Part shown: piece by piece, positions 26,899 through 37,223 of the stretch
Position numbering within the stretch: the stretch's first letter is position 1
Layout: each line of letters begins with the position of its first letter
DNA from: Candidatus Omnitrophota bacterium
GTDB lineage: Bacteria; Omnitrophota; Omnitrophia; Omnitrophales; JACROU01
Direction of reading: 5' to 3'
Assembly (NCBI GenBank): GCA_029261035.1
Contig: JAJDCD010000023.1
Span: 557,126 to 621,125 of the forward strand
DNA: 64,000 nucleotides
Position numbers and translations under genes: made by a program
Notes under the pieces: generated by a model
Told to the model about the DNA's origin: nothing
Database searches by the model: none
Seen by the model: only the letters and a program-made list of their open reading frames with translations

Positions 26899-28742
26899 AA
26901 TAATTCTGAAATCCTTTGTTCAATTTCCTCTACTTTAAAGGGTACCCCTTTTACTTTGTTAAAGCCAATGCTGTGTGATTCTGGAAATTTGTATCGAATG
27001 AGCATGAGAAGTTGTCCCATATTTAATTCTGGAATTAGAATCGTCTTAAATTGTTTTAAAATATCGCCAAGATTTTTTGGGAATGGATTTAAATAACTTA
27101 AGTGCACTTGAGAAACTTTTTTCTTTTTGTTGTGTAAGTTGGTGACTGCTTGATAGACAGCTCCATAATTACCACCCCAGCTAAGAACTAACAACTTACC
27201 TGATTTTGGCCCATGAATTTCAGCTTCAGGAATATCATTAGCAATCCGTGCGATTTTTTCTGCACGTAAATTAGTCATTTTTTGATGGTTTTCAGGATCG
27301 TAACTTACGTTTCCAGTAATGTCTGCTTTAGATAAACCGCCAATGCGATGTTCTAATCCAGGTGTTCCAGGGATAGCCCAAGGACGTGCGAGTGTTTCTG
27401 GGTTTCTTTCGTAAGGATAAAAGGTTTTTCCTTTTTCTGCTTTTGGATGTGTTACTTCAATAGAGGGTAGAGTGGAAATGTCCGGTAACTTCCAAGGTTC
27501 GGCAGCGCTTGCTAAATAACCTTCCGACAAGAAAATAACAGGAGTCATGTATTTAATAGCAATACGAACAGCTTCAATAGCCATTATAAAGCAATCTGAA
27601 GCAGTTCGAGGAGCGAGAACGGCAATAGGGGACTCTCCATTTCTACAATAAAGGACTTGAAGCAAATCGGTCTGTTCTGTTTTGGTAGGCATTCCAGTGC
27701 TAGGGCCTCCACGTTGTACATTGATAATAATGAGAGGAAGTTCTGCCATAACAGCTAAGTTCATCATTTCTGATTTAAGGCTTATTCCAGGGCCGCTGGT
27801 TCCGGTTACCCCAATTTGTCCGCCAAAAGAAGCTCCAACAGCACTGCCAATAGCTGATATTTCATCTTCGGCTTGAAAAGTTTTCACATTATAATTTTTG
27901 TAGGCAGCAAGGTATTGTAGGATTGTGCTGGCTGGAGTAATAGGGTATGAGCCATAAAACAAAGTTTTATTGGCTAAGTTAGCTGCAGTAATGAGTCCGA
28001 TAGCTAGAGCTTCATTACCCATAATTTTTCTATAGGTTCCAGGATCTAAAATGGCTTTTTTAATTTGATATTGGTTAGGAATAACTTCAGCAATGTCTGC
28101 AAAATTATAGCCGGCAGTAAGCGCTGTGATATTGGCTTCGACAATCTCCGGTCTTTTGGCAAACTTATTTTTAATCCATGCTGTTGTGTGATTTAATTCT
28201 CGATCATAAAGCCAAAACATCATTCCTAATGCAAAAAAGTTTTTGCAACGTTCCACTTCTGAAGCTTTAAGATGGAGATCTTTAAGGGCGTTTTTTGTTA
28301 GTTCCGAAAGCTTTACTTTAAGTACAGAATAATCTTTTAAGGTCTCGTCATCTAAAGGGTTTTTTTCCCAAGTGGCTTTTCGGAGGTTTTCTTCATTGAA
28401 AACACTTTCGTTAACAATGATAAGTCCACCCTTTTTTACTAAAGGAAGATTGACTTTGAGGGCGGCGGGGTTCATCACAACCAAAACATCTGCAATGTCA
28501 CCGGGCGTAAAAATAATGGAGTCTGAAAATTGAATTTGGAAACTACTAACACCAGGCAAAGTACCTATAGGAGCTCTGATTTCAGCAGGAAAGTCGGGAA
28601 GCGTAGCAAAATCATTACCCATGATAGCAGCGGTGTCAGTAAACTGGTCGCCTGTCAGCTGCATACCGTCTCCAGAGTCACCAGCGAAGCGAACTGTAAT
28701 TGAAGACACTATCTCTGTTTTATTTTTTTTTGTTTCAGTCAT
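26895..28742 (-). CDS. korA: 2-oxoacid:ferredoxin oxidoreductase alpha (gamma-fused) subunit
   Basis: AGDSGDGMQ, YPITPAS, QAEDE, TSGPG, QRGGPSTG. Confidence 0.93.
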   Translation of the reverse strand: MTETKKNKTEIVSSITVRFAGDSGDGMQLTGDQFTDTAAIMGNDFATLPDFPAEIRAPIGTLPGVSSFQIQFSDSIIFTPGDIADVLVVMNPAALKVNLPLVKKGGLIIVNESVFNEENLRKATWEKNPLDDETLKDYSVLKVKLSELTKNALKDLHLKASEVERCKNFFALGMMFWLYDRELNHTTAWIKNKFAKRPEIVEANITALTAGYNFADIAEVIPNQYQIKKAILDPGTYRKIMGNEALAIGLITAANLANKTLFYGSYPITPASTILQYLAAYKNYNVKTFQAEDEISAIGSAVGASFGGQIGVTGTSGPGISLKSEMMNLAVMAELPLIIINVQRGGPSTGMPTKTEQTDLLQVLYCRNGESPIAVLAPRTASDCFIMAIEAVRIAIKYMTPVIFLSEGYLASAAEPWKLPDISTLPSIEVTHPKAEKGKTFYPYERNPETLARPWAIPGTPGLEHRIGGLSKADITGNVSYDPENHQKMTNLRAEKIARIANDIPEAEIHGPKSGKLLVLSWGGNYGAVYQAVTNLHNKKKKVSQVHLSYLNPFPKNLGDILKQFKTILIPELNMGQLLMLIRYKFPESHSIGFNKVKGVPFKVEEIEQRISELL

Positions 28743-28750
28743 GTTATGAG

Positions 28751-29224
28751 TTATCCACCCTCTGGGGTGTCCATTATTTTATCAGGGTCTGGAGGTAAGT
28801 TTAAGACTTCATCTGGGTAGCACTCTGCTAGAAAACGAATAAGGGATCGGACGGATACGACGCCGGTAAGCTCTTCCTTTTCATTCACAATTGGAATGTG
28901 GTAGAAACGATGTTTTCCCATTAAGTCAATGGCGGTCCCAATAGAATCATTACCCGTTAATAAGATAGGGTTTTGTGTTATAAGGTCGCGAATAGGAGTT
29001 TCTAAATCTATGTTTTTTCCTAAAACTTTTCGGACCAAATCAGTTTCTGTAAAAATACCAACGACTTTTTTGTTTTCTGTAAGAATAACATAGCCATGTT
29101 TATTATCCTGCATCAGTTCAATAGCTTTTGAAATTGTAATATCAGGAGCTGCCTCTAAGTACTTGGGCATGCTCACCTTAAACAACTTCTGACTATCTAG
29201 AATTTCCACAGGTTTTGGTTCCAT
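28751..29224 (-). CDS. CBS-pair protein
   Basis: VGIFTETD and FYHIPIV CBS motifs. Confidence 0.85.
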   Translation of the reverse strand: MEPKPVEILDSQKLFKVSMPKYLEAAPDITISKAIELMQDNKHGYVILTENKKVVGIFTETDLVRKVLGKNIDLETPIRDLITQNPILLTGNDSIGTAIDLMGKHRFYHIPIVNEKEELTGVVSVRSLIRFLAECYPDEVLNLPPDPDKIMDTPEGG

Positions 29225-29354
29225 AACTTCCTCTTAACAGTTTGCTATTTATAATGTTAGGGTCTGTCTGGATGACATAATTCAATCTTTTCAAAAGATT
29301 CCAACATAATTGTATCACATCCTTCAATAACCTGGAAATGAATTGTAAAGAGGT

Positions 29355-29382
29355 TTTACATTCTTGACGACTTTGTTATGCT
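29355..29382 (+). promoter_or_regulatory. promoter predicting a leaderless prmA mRNA
   Basis: TTTACA-16 nt-TATGCT with TGn extension; ATG 6 nt after the -10; no SD. Confidence 0.55.
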
Positions 29383-29388
29383 GTTGCC

Positions 29389-30270
29389 ATGAAAACGCAT
29401 CTTCTCCCAAAAGAAACTTATGTCGAAGTGGCATTAACTTGCAAGTCTCCGACCGATTCAGAGCAGGCCGAAATCCAGTCTTTTTTTCAGAAGCTTCGTG
29501 TGCCTTCAGATCAAAGGGCGATTTCCTTTTTTGAGAGCCAGTTCCAGCATTGTTTTTATACCCGGTCTTTAAGAATAGTAGAAAAGGCAAAAAAAGAGAT
29601 AAGGCATATTCGATCGAATAAGATTCAACTAAAAGTCAAAGTATTAGGGCGTGCGGATTGGTTGGATAAATGGATGTTGGATTATCACATATCTCGTTTT
29701 GGACAAAATTTTATGATCGTTCCAATTTGGGAAAAAGAAGAATTTCGATCAAAAAACAAAATACCTATCTATATGAATCCTCAAGGTGCTTTTGGTTCAG
29801 GGACTCATGAAACAACATGCCTTGTGATTCAGTTGATGGAGCGTCTTGATGGAAAATTTAATAACTTTTTGGATGTTGGAGTTGGAACAGGCATTCTTTC
29901 TATAGCAGCTCATTATTTGGGCGCCAAAGAAAGTGTGGGCTTTGATTATGATGAAAAGGCTGTGAAGGCTTCTAAATGGAACCTTAAACTCAATAACATT
30001 AACAGTTCTCAAATCATGAGAAAGAGATTAGAAGAAGTTCAGTTAACTAAAAAGTACGACTTGGTTGCGGCTAATGTGATATCCAAGCACTTATTAGATA
30101 ATCGTAAGAAATTGGTGAATAGCACAAAAAAAAGGGGTTATTTAATTGTTTCGGGAATTCTTTTAGAACATTTTGAAGATTTTAAGAAACAGTTCAAACA
30201 TCCTCAGCTCCATTGCATTAAAATCCTAAAGAGCAAGGAATGGGCATCTGTCCTTTATAAGAAAAAGTAA
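29389..30270 (+). CDS. prmA: ribosomal protein L11 methyltransferase
   Basis: DWLDKW, PQGAFGSGTHETT, LDVGVGTGILSI, VAANV, VSGIL. Confidence 0.88.
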   Translation: MKTHLLPKETYVEVALTCKSPTDSEQAEIQSFFQKLRVPSDQRAISFFESQFQHCFYTRSLRIVEKAKKEIRHIRSNKIQLKVKVLGRADWLDKWMLDYHISRFGQNFMIVPIWEKEEFRSKNKIPIYMNPQGAFGSGTHETTCLVIQLMERLDGKFNNFLDVGVGTGILSIAAHYLGAKESVGFDYDEKAVKASKWNLKLNNINSSQIMRKRLEEVQLTKKYDLVAANVISKHLLDNRKKLVNSTKKRGYLIVSGILLEHFEDFKKQFKHPQLHCIKILKSKEWASVLYKKK

Positions 30271-30344
30271 CATCGGTACTTCTAATCAAATGGGTTTCTC
30301 TGTATAATACCCTTTTCTAACGACTCTATAACATTGGACAATTC

Positions 30345-32642
30345 ATGGTCTTAGCCGTATTTTCTTTGTTTTTATTTTCGTTTTTTACTCCTTTTTTATG
30401 TCGTGTTTTTCAAAAGAAAAGCGGATGGCTGTTTTCTTTGCTTCCTTTAAGTTTAACGCTTTATTTTTTAAGTCAAACTTCTTTAATTCTTCAAGGGCAA
30501 ACCTTGACCCACACTTTCGAATGGGTTCCTCTACTTAATTTTTCTTTTTCTTTTCATTTGGATGGTCTGAGCTATTTATTTGCGATGCTTATTTGTGGGA
30601 TTGGAACGGTTATTGTTTTCTATTCGGGATCCTACTTGGAAGGGGATAGGTATTTAGGACGATTTTTTTGTAGCCTTTTTGTTTTTATGGGTTCTATGTT
30701 GGGAGTCGTTTTATCTAATAATGTATTGGTGCTTTTTGTATTTTGGGAATTAACAAGTCTGAGCTCTTATTTTTTAATTGGATATAACCATGAAAAGAAA
30801 GAGTCGCGTTATGCTGCTCTTCAGGCTTTGTTGGTTACTGGGTTGGGAGGGCTTGCACTTTTAGTTGCTGTTCTTATGGCAGGGAGTGCTGTTGGGAGTT
30901 TTGAAATAACTGTTTGGGTAGAGAGGTGGCAAACGTTAATTTCGAGTCCGTATATTTCTGCGATTGTAATTTTAGTTTTGTTAGCAGCTTTTACAAAGTC
31001 AGCTCAATTTCCATTTCATTTCTGGCTTCCGAATGCGATGCAAGCTCCAACACCTGTCAGTGCTTATCTACATTCATCAACGATGGTCAAAGCAGGTATT
31101 TATCTTGTGGCACGTCTCAATCCTGTTTTTTCTGAAACGCCTCTTTGGTTTACTACAATTGAAATTGCTGGGTTGACAACAATGATTGTAGGAGCTGTTC
31201 TTTCTTTCACGCAGAATCAATATAAGCTTGTTTTGGCATATATGACGGTGACAGCTTTGGGAATGATTCTATTCTTATTAGGAATGGGGACGGCCTATTC
31301 CGTAGCGGCAGCTCTTGTTTTTATTTTGGTTCATGCGTTGTATAAAGCTGCTTTGTTCTTGATAGCTGGGGCAGTGGATCATGAAACGGGAGAAAAGGAT
31401 TTAAGAAAGTTATCAGGACTTCGAAGTAAAATGCCACTTACAGCTATTATTGCTTTGGTTTGCGGGCTATCAATGGCAGGAGTGCCGCCGCTTTTTGGTT
31501 TTATTGGCAAAGAGCTTTTTTTAGAAAGCACATTAAAAACGCAGCTTTTTTATCCTCTCAATATTTGGGTTGTTAGCTTTACCAGTTTGTTTATTGTTTG
31601 TGCGGCGTGTTTTACGGGGCTAAAACCTTTTTTTGGAAAGCTTGCTGTCACACCTAAAAAACCGCATGAAGCACCTCTTGCTTTATATTTGGGGCCTTTA
31701 ATTTTTGCCGTTTTGAGTGTGGGGTTTGGGTTATACCCTAAAGTCTTGGATTCTTTTGTGACAGCCAGTGTTCATACGCTGGTTCGCTCATCTTCGGACC
31801 ATGTTCATTTAGCACTTTGGCATGGTTTTAATCAGGCATTTTTTATAAGTATGACTGTGTTAGCTGTGGGGGTGGCTTTTTATTTATTACGAGATGTTAG
31901 TTTGAAGCTGTTTAAACCTTTGGCTATTTTTAAATCTTTAGGACCTGAGAAAGCATATCAAATATTTTTAAAAATACTGAATAGTGTTGCTAAAACGCAA
32001 ACCCTAATTCTTCAGAATGGATTTCTGCGCTATTACGTATTTTTTATTATTTTGACGGCTGTTTTTTTGTGTGGGTGGGTGGTGTTTCTGCATCAAGAAA
32101 CATTGCAGATGACTTTTAATTTTTCTGATATTAAATTTCATGAGTTCTTACTTGTGCTTCTGATCATAGCAGCTACTTTAGCTTCTACAGTTTTGAGGTC
32201 TCGAATTTCCGCTATTATTTCTTTGGGGGTTGTTGGGTATGGGGTGAGTGTGATATTTGTGATTTTTGGAGCTCCAGATCTTGCCATGACTCAAATTGTG
32301 ATTGAAACGTTAATCGTTGTTCTTTTTATTTTAGTTTTTTATCATTTAAAACCTTTTCAGAATTTATCTTCTAAAGGGTCGAAGTTAAGGGATGCGTTAT
32401 TAGCATTATCCGCAGGAGCATTGATGACTTTTTTAGTTTTAGCAGCTCAAGATGTTCAGTATGCTGAAAGCATATCTCCTTACTTTGAACAGAACAGTTG
32501 GCTTTTAGCTCATGGAAGAAATGTTGTGAATGTGATTTTGGTGGATTTTCGTGCTCTAGATACGTTGGGAGAAATTACCGTATTAGCCATTGCGGGATTA
32601 GGTATTTTTATTTTGTTAAAGTTAAAGCTAGGGAAGAAGTAA
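30345..32642 (+). CDS. mrpA: Mrp Na+/H+ antiporter subunit A
   Basis: FWELTS, TKSAQFPFHFWLPNAMQAPTPVSAYLHS, GRNVVNVILVDFRALDTLGE. Confidence 0.95.
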   Translation: MVLAVFSLFLFSFFTPFLCRVFQKKSGWLFSLLPLSLTLYFLSQTSLILQGQTLTHTFEWVPLLNFSFSFHLDGLSYLFAMLICGIGTVIVFYSGSYLEGDRYLGRFFCSLFVFMGSMLGVVLSNNVLVLFVFWELTSLSSYFLIGYNHEKKESRYAALQALLVTGLGGLALLVAVLMAGSAVGSFEITVWVERWQTLISSPYISAIVILVLLAAFTKSAQFPFHFWLPNAMQAPTPVSAYLHSSTMVKAGIYLVARLNPVFSETPLWFTTIEIAGLTTMIVGAVLSFTQNQYKLVLAYMTVTALGMILFLLGMGTAYSVAAALVFILVHALYKAALFLIAGAVDHETGEKDLRKLSGLRSKMPLTAIIALVCGLSMAGVPPLFGFIGKELFLESTLKTQLFYPLNIWVVSFTSLFIVCAACFTGLKPFFGKLAVTPKKPHEAPLALYLGPLIFAVLSVGFGLYPKVLDSFVTASVHTLVRSSSDHVHLALWHGFNQAFFISMTVLAVGVAFYLLRDVSLKLFKPLAIFKSLGPEKAYQIFLKILNSVAKTQTLILQNGFLRYYVFFIILTAVFLCGWVVFLHQETLQMTFNFSDIKFHEFLLVLLIIAATLASTVLRSRISAIISLGVVGYGVSVIFVIFGAPDLAMTQIVIETLIVVLFILVFYHLKPFQNLSSKGSKLRDALLALSAGALMTFLVLAAQDVQYAESISPYFEQNSWLLAHGRNVVNVILVDFRALDTLGEITVLAIAGLGIFILLKLKLGKK

Positions 32643-32645
32643 TTT

Positions 32646-33062
32646 ATGCACTCCATTATTTTAAGAACGGCGACAGTATTTTTAAAGTATTTGCTGCTTG
32701 TGTTTTCTGTTTATTTATTGCTAGGGGGGCACAATGAACCGGGGGGTGGGTTTGTTGGTGGTCTTGTAGCTGCTTCGGCATTTATTTTATTTGCGATCGC
32801 TTATAATGTGGAAGAAGCAAGAAAACGACTCCGAATTGAGCCGGCGGTACTTATTGGTATTGGGCTCTTAACAGCTCTTTTTAGTGGACTGATTCCTGTT
32901 ATTTTAAATAAATCTTTTTTGACTGGGGTGTGGTTTCATGGCCATTCGGAAATTTTTGGAGACATCCACATAGGGAGCCCTTTGTTTTTTGATGTAGGTG
33001 TTTATCTTGTTGTGTTGGGAGTGACTGTCAAAATTATATTTTCATTATTGGAGGAAGTTTAA
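32646..33062 (+). CDS. mrpB: Mrp subunit B
   Basis: [12 protein letters not shown]; FDVGVYLVV; operon order. Confidence 0.93.
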   Translation: MHSIILRTATVFLKYLLLVFSVYLLLGGHNEPGGGFVGGLVAASAFILFAIAYNVEEARKRLRIEPAVLIGIGLLTALFSGLIPVILNKSFLTGVWFHGHSEIFGDIHIGSPLFFDVGVYLVVLGVTVKIIFSLLEEV

Positions 33063-33406
33063 TGTCTTTCTGGTTAGCTATTATTGTGGGAGTTCTTTAT
33101 TCAGCAGGTATCTATATGATGATGCGGCGTAGTGTAGTGAAATTGATTATTGGTTTGGCATTATTGAGTCATGCGGCTAACTTGCTTATTTTTACAGGAG
33201 CTGGAATTGTAAGAGAAAAAGCGCCGATTATTTCTAAGTTTCAGGAAACTGTTTCAAACAACGCAGATCCTTTGCCTCAGGCACTTGTTTTAACAGCTAT
33301 TGTGATCAGTTTCGGTGTATTAGCTTTTGCGTTGGTGTTAACACATCGAGCCGTTGAAAGTGTAGGGACTGATGATCTCGATCAAATGAAAGAAACGGAT
33401 ACATGA
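33062..33406 (+). CDS. mrpC: Mrp subunit C
   Basis: [14 protein letters not shown]. Confidence 0.93.
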   Translation: MSFWLAIIVGVLYSAGIYMMMRRSVVKLIIGLALLSHAANLLIFTGAGIVREKAPIISKFQETVSNNADPLPQALVLTAIVISFGVLAFALVLTHRAVESVGTDDLDQMKETDT

Positions 33407-34902
33407 GCCACATTATTATTCTTCCAATACTGATTCCTCTCATAACGGCTGCCGTGTCGCTTTTGGGTTGGAAAAAAAGGATTTATCAAAAGAATATGGG
33501 TGTTGTCGGGGCCTTTCTTTTGTTGGTTGTAGCGGTGTATCTTTTGATGCATGTTTATCGCAACGGAATTATTGCAGTTCAAATGGGAAGCTGGATTGCT
33601 CCTTTTGGCATTACATTGGTTTGCGATTTGTTTAGTGCCATTATGGTTTTGCTTGCAGCCATTATTGCGTTTGCTACGATTTTATATTCTTGTTTTACAG
33701 TAGATAAAGACAGGGAATCTTTTGGGTATTATCCTTTAATGCATTTAATGATGATGGGTATTTGCGGGGCTTTTCTTACAGGAGATATTTTTAATTTGTA
33801 CGTCTGGTTTGAAGTTCTTTTGATCAGTTCTTTCGTGCTTTTAGTTTTGGGTGGTGAGAAACAGCAAATGGAAGGTGCTATTAAATATGTGACGTTAAAC
33901 TTACTTTCCTCAACTTTTTTTCTAGTAGCGGTTGGAATTTTGTATGGACTTTTAGGCACGCTGAATATGGCAGACTTGGCCATTAAAATAAAAACAATTT
34001 CGGAGCCAGGATTGATTACATTAGTTTCTGTTCTATTTCTAATGGCTTTCGGGATTAAAGCGGCTATCTTTCCAATGTTTTTTTGGCTTCCAGCTTCTTA
34101 TCATACGCCACCCGTTGCTGTTTCTGCTGTGTTTGCAGGCCTGTTGACGAAGGTGGGAGTTTATGCGCTTATTCGGGTGTTCACACTTATTTTTATACAG
34201 GACACAGAAGTGACGCACTCTCTTATTTTAGGGATAGCTGCTTTTACGATGGTTACAGGGGTGTTAGGGGCTGCTGCTCAAAATGAATTTCGTAGAATTC
34301 TATCCTTTCATATCATCAGTCAAATAGGGTATATGATTATGGGGCTAGGTTTGTTTACAAAAGCAGCACTTGCCGGTTCTGTGTTCTATATCATTCATCA
34401 TATAATTGTAAAATCAAATTTGTTTTTAGTGAGTGGATTTGCTCATAAAGTTAAGGGTTCTTTTCATTTAAGTAAATTGGGAGATATGTATCGTGATCAC
34501 CCTTACGTTTCAATTGTTTTTCTTGTATCCGCATTATCTCTTGCGGGGTTACCACCGCTGTCTGGATTTTTTGCAAAATTTATTTTGATTAAATCAGCTC
34601 TTGAGGTAGGTCAATACGGGATTGTTGTCGTTGCTCTAATAGTTGGCTTGCTCACTTTGTTTTCGATGACTAAGATTTGGCAGGAAGTATTCTGGAAGAA
34701 AATGGAAGGTTCTAAACCCGTTTTAAGTTCTGTTTCCGGTTTTGCATTATCTGGAATGTTTATTCCAATGGTTTGGCTTGCTTTGATGACGGTTTGCATT
34801 GGTTTTGGAGCGCAGTTTGTTTTTGGTTTATCTCTTCAGACAGCCGAACAACTCATGGATCCGACATCCTATGTTGCGGCAGTCTTACAGAGTCAACAGT
34901 AA
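33403..34902 (+). CDS. mrpD: Mrp subunit D
   Basis: [31 protein letters not shown]. Confidence 0.93.
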   Translation: MSHIIILPILIPLITAAVSLLGWKKRIYQKNMGVVGAFLLLVVAVYLLMHVYRNGIIAVQMGSWIAPFGITLVCDLFSAIMVLLAAIIAFATILYSCFTVDKDRESFGYYPLMHLMMMGICGAFLTGDIFNLYVWFEVLLISSFVLLVLGGEKQQMEGAIKYVTLNLLSSTFFLVAVGILYGLLGTLNMADLAIKIKTISEPGLITLVSVLFLMAFGIKAAIFPMFFWLPASYHTPPVAVSAVFAGLLTKVGVYALIRVFTLIFIQDTEVTHSLILGIAAFTMVTGVLGAAAQNEFRRILSFHIISQIGYMIMGLGLFTKAALAGSVFYIIHHIIVKSNLFLVSGFAHKVKGSFHLSKLGDMYRDHPYVSIVFLVSALSLAGLPPLSGFFAKFILIKSALEVGQYGIVVVALIVGLLTLFSMTKIWQEVFWKKMEGSKPVLSSVSGFALSGMFIPMVWLALMTVCIGFGAQFVFGLSLQTAEQLMDPTSYVAAVLQSQQ

Positions 34903-34914
34903 AAGAGGGTCTTA

Positions 34915-35388
34915 ATGGTTCGATTATTTTGGGAAGCAGTTATTGTAATTGTATGGATTGCCTTGACGGTAGATTTTAGTTTGCTTAATATTGCTCTAGG
35001 AGCTTTGTTGGGTGTTTTTTTGCTTTGGTATATGCCTGTTCAAAAAAAATCTTTGAAGTATTTTTTAAAATTACCCAAAGTTTTTATTTTTATTTTTTAT
35101 TTTTTCTGGGAGCTTATTGTTGCAAATATCAGAGTGGCTTATTATGTCTTATCCCCGTTGAAAAAAGCAAAACCAGGGATTGTGGCGATACCTCTTCGAT
35201 TAAAGAAAAATTGGCAGATTACGGTATTGGCCAATGTTATTACTTTAACTCCGGGAACCTTAAGTATCGATGTTTCTAATGACAAAAAAACACTTTATAT
35301 TCATGTGATTTCAATGAAATCTGCCGATGAAGTCCGAAAAGAAATAAGAGACGGGTTAGAACAAAAATTATTGGAGGCTACGAAGTAA
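34915..35388 (+). CDS. mrpE: Mrp subunit E
   Basis: ITLTPGT motif. Confidence 0.92.
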   Translation: MVRLFWEAVIVIVWIALTVDFSLLNIALGALLGVFLLWYMPVQKKSLKYFLKLPKVFIFIFYFFWELIVANIRVAYYVLSPLKKAKPGIVAIPLRLKKNWQITVLANVITLTPGTLSIDVSNDKKTLYIHVISMKSADEVRKEIRDGLEQKLLEATK

Positions 35389-35390
35389 CT

Positions 35391-35675
35391 ATGTCAGGTG
35401 TGGAACTTATTCCTTATGCCATTAAAGGGGTCAACGGATTACTTTATCTCTCCATCATACTAGCATTCTATCGTTTGTTGAAAGGGCCTAGGCTGACGGA
35501 CCGTGTTGTCGCCTTGGATTTTATCGCAACTATTGTGGTGGGTATTATTGGCTTATATACGATTGAAACAGGAGAGTTCTATTATTTAAAAGTCGCTATT
35601 GTTTTAGCGTTACTCATGTTTTTGGGGACCGTAGCGATGGCATTTTTTGTTGAGAAACGAGAGGACGATTTATAA
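35391..35675 (+). CDS. mrpF: Mrp subunit F
   Basis: RLLKGP-x2-DRVVALD. Confidence 0.92.
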   Translation: MSGVELIPYAIKGVNGLLYLSIILAFYRLLKGPRLTDRVVALDFIATIVVGIIGLYTIETGEFYYLKVAIVLALLMFLGTVAMAFFVEKREDDL

Positions 35676-36044
35676 ATGGAATGGGTCACAATTGTTTGTT
35701 TATTGTTAGGCGGCTTTTTTTCTCTGATCGCTGCGATTGGTTTAGTTCGAATGCCGGATTTGTTTATGAGAATGCAGGCTGCTACGAAAGCGGGAACTTT
35801 GGCGGTCGGTGTGATTATGGTTGGGGTTTGCTTCTATCACCCTAATCTTAATGTGGTATTTAAAGCAGCTCTGATTGTTTTATTTCTTTTTTTGACAGCG
35901 CCTGTAGCGGCACATTTAATAGCTAGAGCTTCTTATATTGTGGGTGTGGATATGTGGACTGGTTCTGTGGTGGACGAACTTAAAGGGAAGTATGAGTTGA
36001 GAACCCATGAACTGAAAGGGGAGGAAAAGAAGGGTGAGAAATGA
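35676..36044 (+). CDS. mrpG: Mrp subunit G
   Basis: GLVRMPD...QAATK, TAPVAAH. Confidence 0.92.
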   Translation: MEWVTIVCLLLGGFFSLIAAIGLVRMPDLFMRMQAATKAGTLAVGVIMVGVCFYHPNLNVVFKAALIVLFLFLTAPVAAHLIARASYIVGVDMWTGSVVDELKGKYELRTHELKGEEKKGEK

Positions 36045-36145
36045 TCAAGGATTGTTTTATTCTTGTCGTAACTTACAACCTGGTCTTGGTGTGGTACGAT
36101 TATAAGTGGAGTATTAGCCTATAACGATTAATGAGGAGGTGTGTT

Positions 36146-36607
36146 ATGCAGAATTCGGTTAAGATTTTATCTGTTTTATTCTTATTTTTATTTGCTGCGT
36201 CAGTAGTGGTTCCAAGTGCTTATGCTAAGGGAGGCCATAAACATTCTCTGGAGCATAAATTTAATATGAAGGTGAAGTTTATTCTTCTTCATCAAGATGA
36301 GTTAAATATGTCTGATGAACAAGTTGAAGTTATCAAGAAAATTAAGATGGATTTAAAGAAAAGCATGATTAGACAAAAAGCAGAGATCGAAGGAATAATG
36401 GTCGATTTTTATTCTGCGTTGCATCAAGATCCTATTGATATTGAAGCCATTAATGCTCTGATTGATCAGAAGTATGAAGTTAAGAAAATTAAGATGCGGG
36501 GCATTGTAGAGGCTATTACAAATATTAAAGGGAATATGAGTTCAGAACAGAGAGCTCAGTTTAAAGATATGTGGATGGATTATAAGAAGAAACGCTGTTT
36601 TGGCTGA
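36146..36607 (+). CDS. periplasmic Spy/CpxP/heavy-metal-resistance-like helical protein
   Basis: GGAGG SD; signal peptide AYA; LTxxQ-like motifs (LNMSDEQ, MSSEQ). Confidence 0.65.
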   Translation: MQNSVKILSVLFLFLFAASVVVPSAYAKGGHKHSLEHKFNMKVKFILLHQDELNMSDEQVEVIKKIKMDLKKSMIRQKAEIEGIMVDFYSALHQDPIDIEAINALIDQKYEVKKIKMRGIVEAITNIKGNMSSEQRAQFKDMWMDYKKKRCFG

Positions 36608-36632
36608 TAAAGAGTTGTTTAAATTTAACGCT

Positions 36633-36735
36633 TGTCATTCCCGAGTGTTTTTGTCGGGAATCCAAAAGATATATGGATAGTTTGTAAGGGATTAGTTTTT
36701 TTGAGTTTTCTGGATCCCCGCCTGCGCGGGGATAA
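36633..36735. repeat. GTCA-type REP/REPIN-like double hairpin
   Basis: TGTCATTCCCGA...TCGGGAATCCA and TGGATCCCCGC-CT-GCGCGGGGAT in inverted arrangement. Confidence 0.7.
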
Positions 36736-36744
36736 ATTCACAAT

Positions 36745-36777
36745 ATAACTTAGGGTAAATTTTTTACCCTAAGTTAT
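36745..36777. terminator. hairpin terminator downstream of rpmG
   Basis: 15-bp stem ATAACTTAGGGTAAA/TTTACCCTAAGTTAT. Confidence 0.7.
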
Positions 36778-36785
36778 TTGTTCAT

Positions 36786-36947
36786 TTATTTCTTCTCTTT
36801 ATACAATACGTGTTTTCTGAGGCTTGGATCAAACTTTTTAAGCTCTAGTTTCTCAGTCGTATTTCTTTTATTTTTCTTTGTATAGTAGATATGATGACTT
36901 TCAGTGCTTTGAAGTTTCACCATAACTCTATTTCCTGGCTTAGCCAT
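36786..36947 (-). CDS. rpmG: 50S ribosomal protein L33, zinc-free type (53 aa, not in ORF track)
   Basis: [53 protein letters not shown]; AAGGAG SD. Confidence 0.95.
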   Translation of the reverse strand: MAKPGNRVMVKLQSTESHHIYYTKKNKRNTTEKLELKKFDPSLRKHVLYKEKK

Positions 36948-36983
36948 AATACACTCCTTTTAATCTCATGAAAACGGACCGGA

Positions 36984-37012
36984 AGTATACCAAAATAGGG
37001 CTCTGGGGTCAA
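36984..37012 (-). promoter_or_regulatory. sigma70 promoter of rpmG
   Basis: Minus strand TTGACC-17 nt-TATACT. Confidence 0.7.
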
Positions 37013-37015
37013 CTA

Positions 37016-37156
37016 TAGTGACTTTTCACTAGCCTGCGTCCCCGCAGAGCATGGTGGCTGTCACTATGATGAGGCCAATGAGACCAATTGCTTAGTTGGG
37101 TAGATTGGTGACAGTCACCATGGACCGCTGAAAGCGGCCTGATGACAGTCACCAGG
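37016..37156. repeat. cluster of four TGGTGACAGTCACCA-type palindromes
   Basis: Copies at 37016, 37052, 37106 and 37140 with small GC hairpins between them. Confidence 0.7.
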
Positions 37157-37223
37157 ATGATGGACGGATTTAAAGCCTTAAGGTATACTCTTGTTTCTAA
37201 TACGGATAAGAAAAGGAGAATTT

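Noticed and set aside
37016-37156. CRISPR array
   Set aside because: Repeats are only 15-16 nt, degenerate and unevenly spaced, and there are no cas genes in the window
37125-37175. Hammerhead ribozyme suggested by CTGATGA and GAAA
   Set aside because: GAAA lies upstream of CTGATGA inside its own hairpin, and no stem II-GAAA core follows
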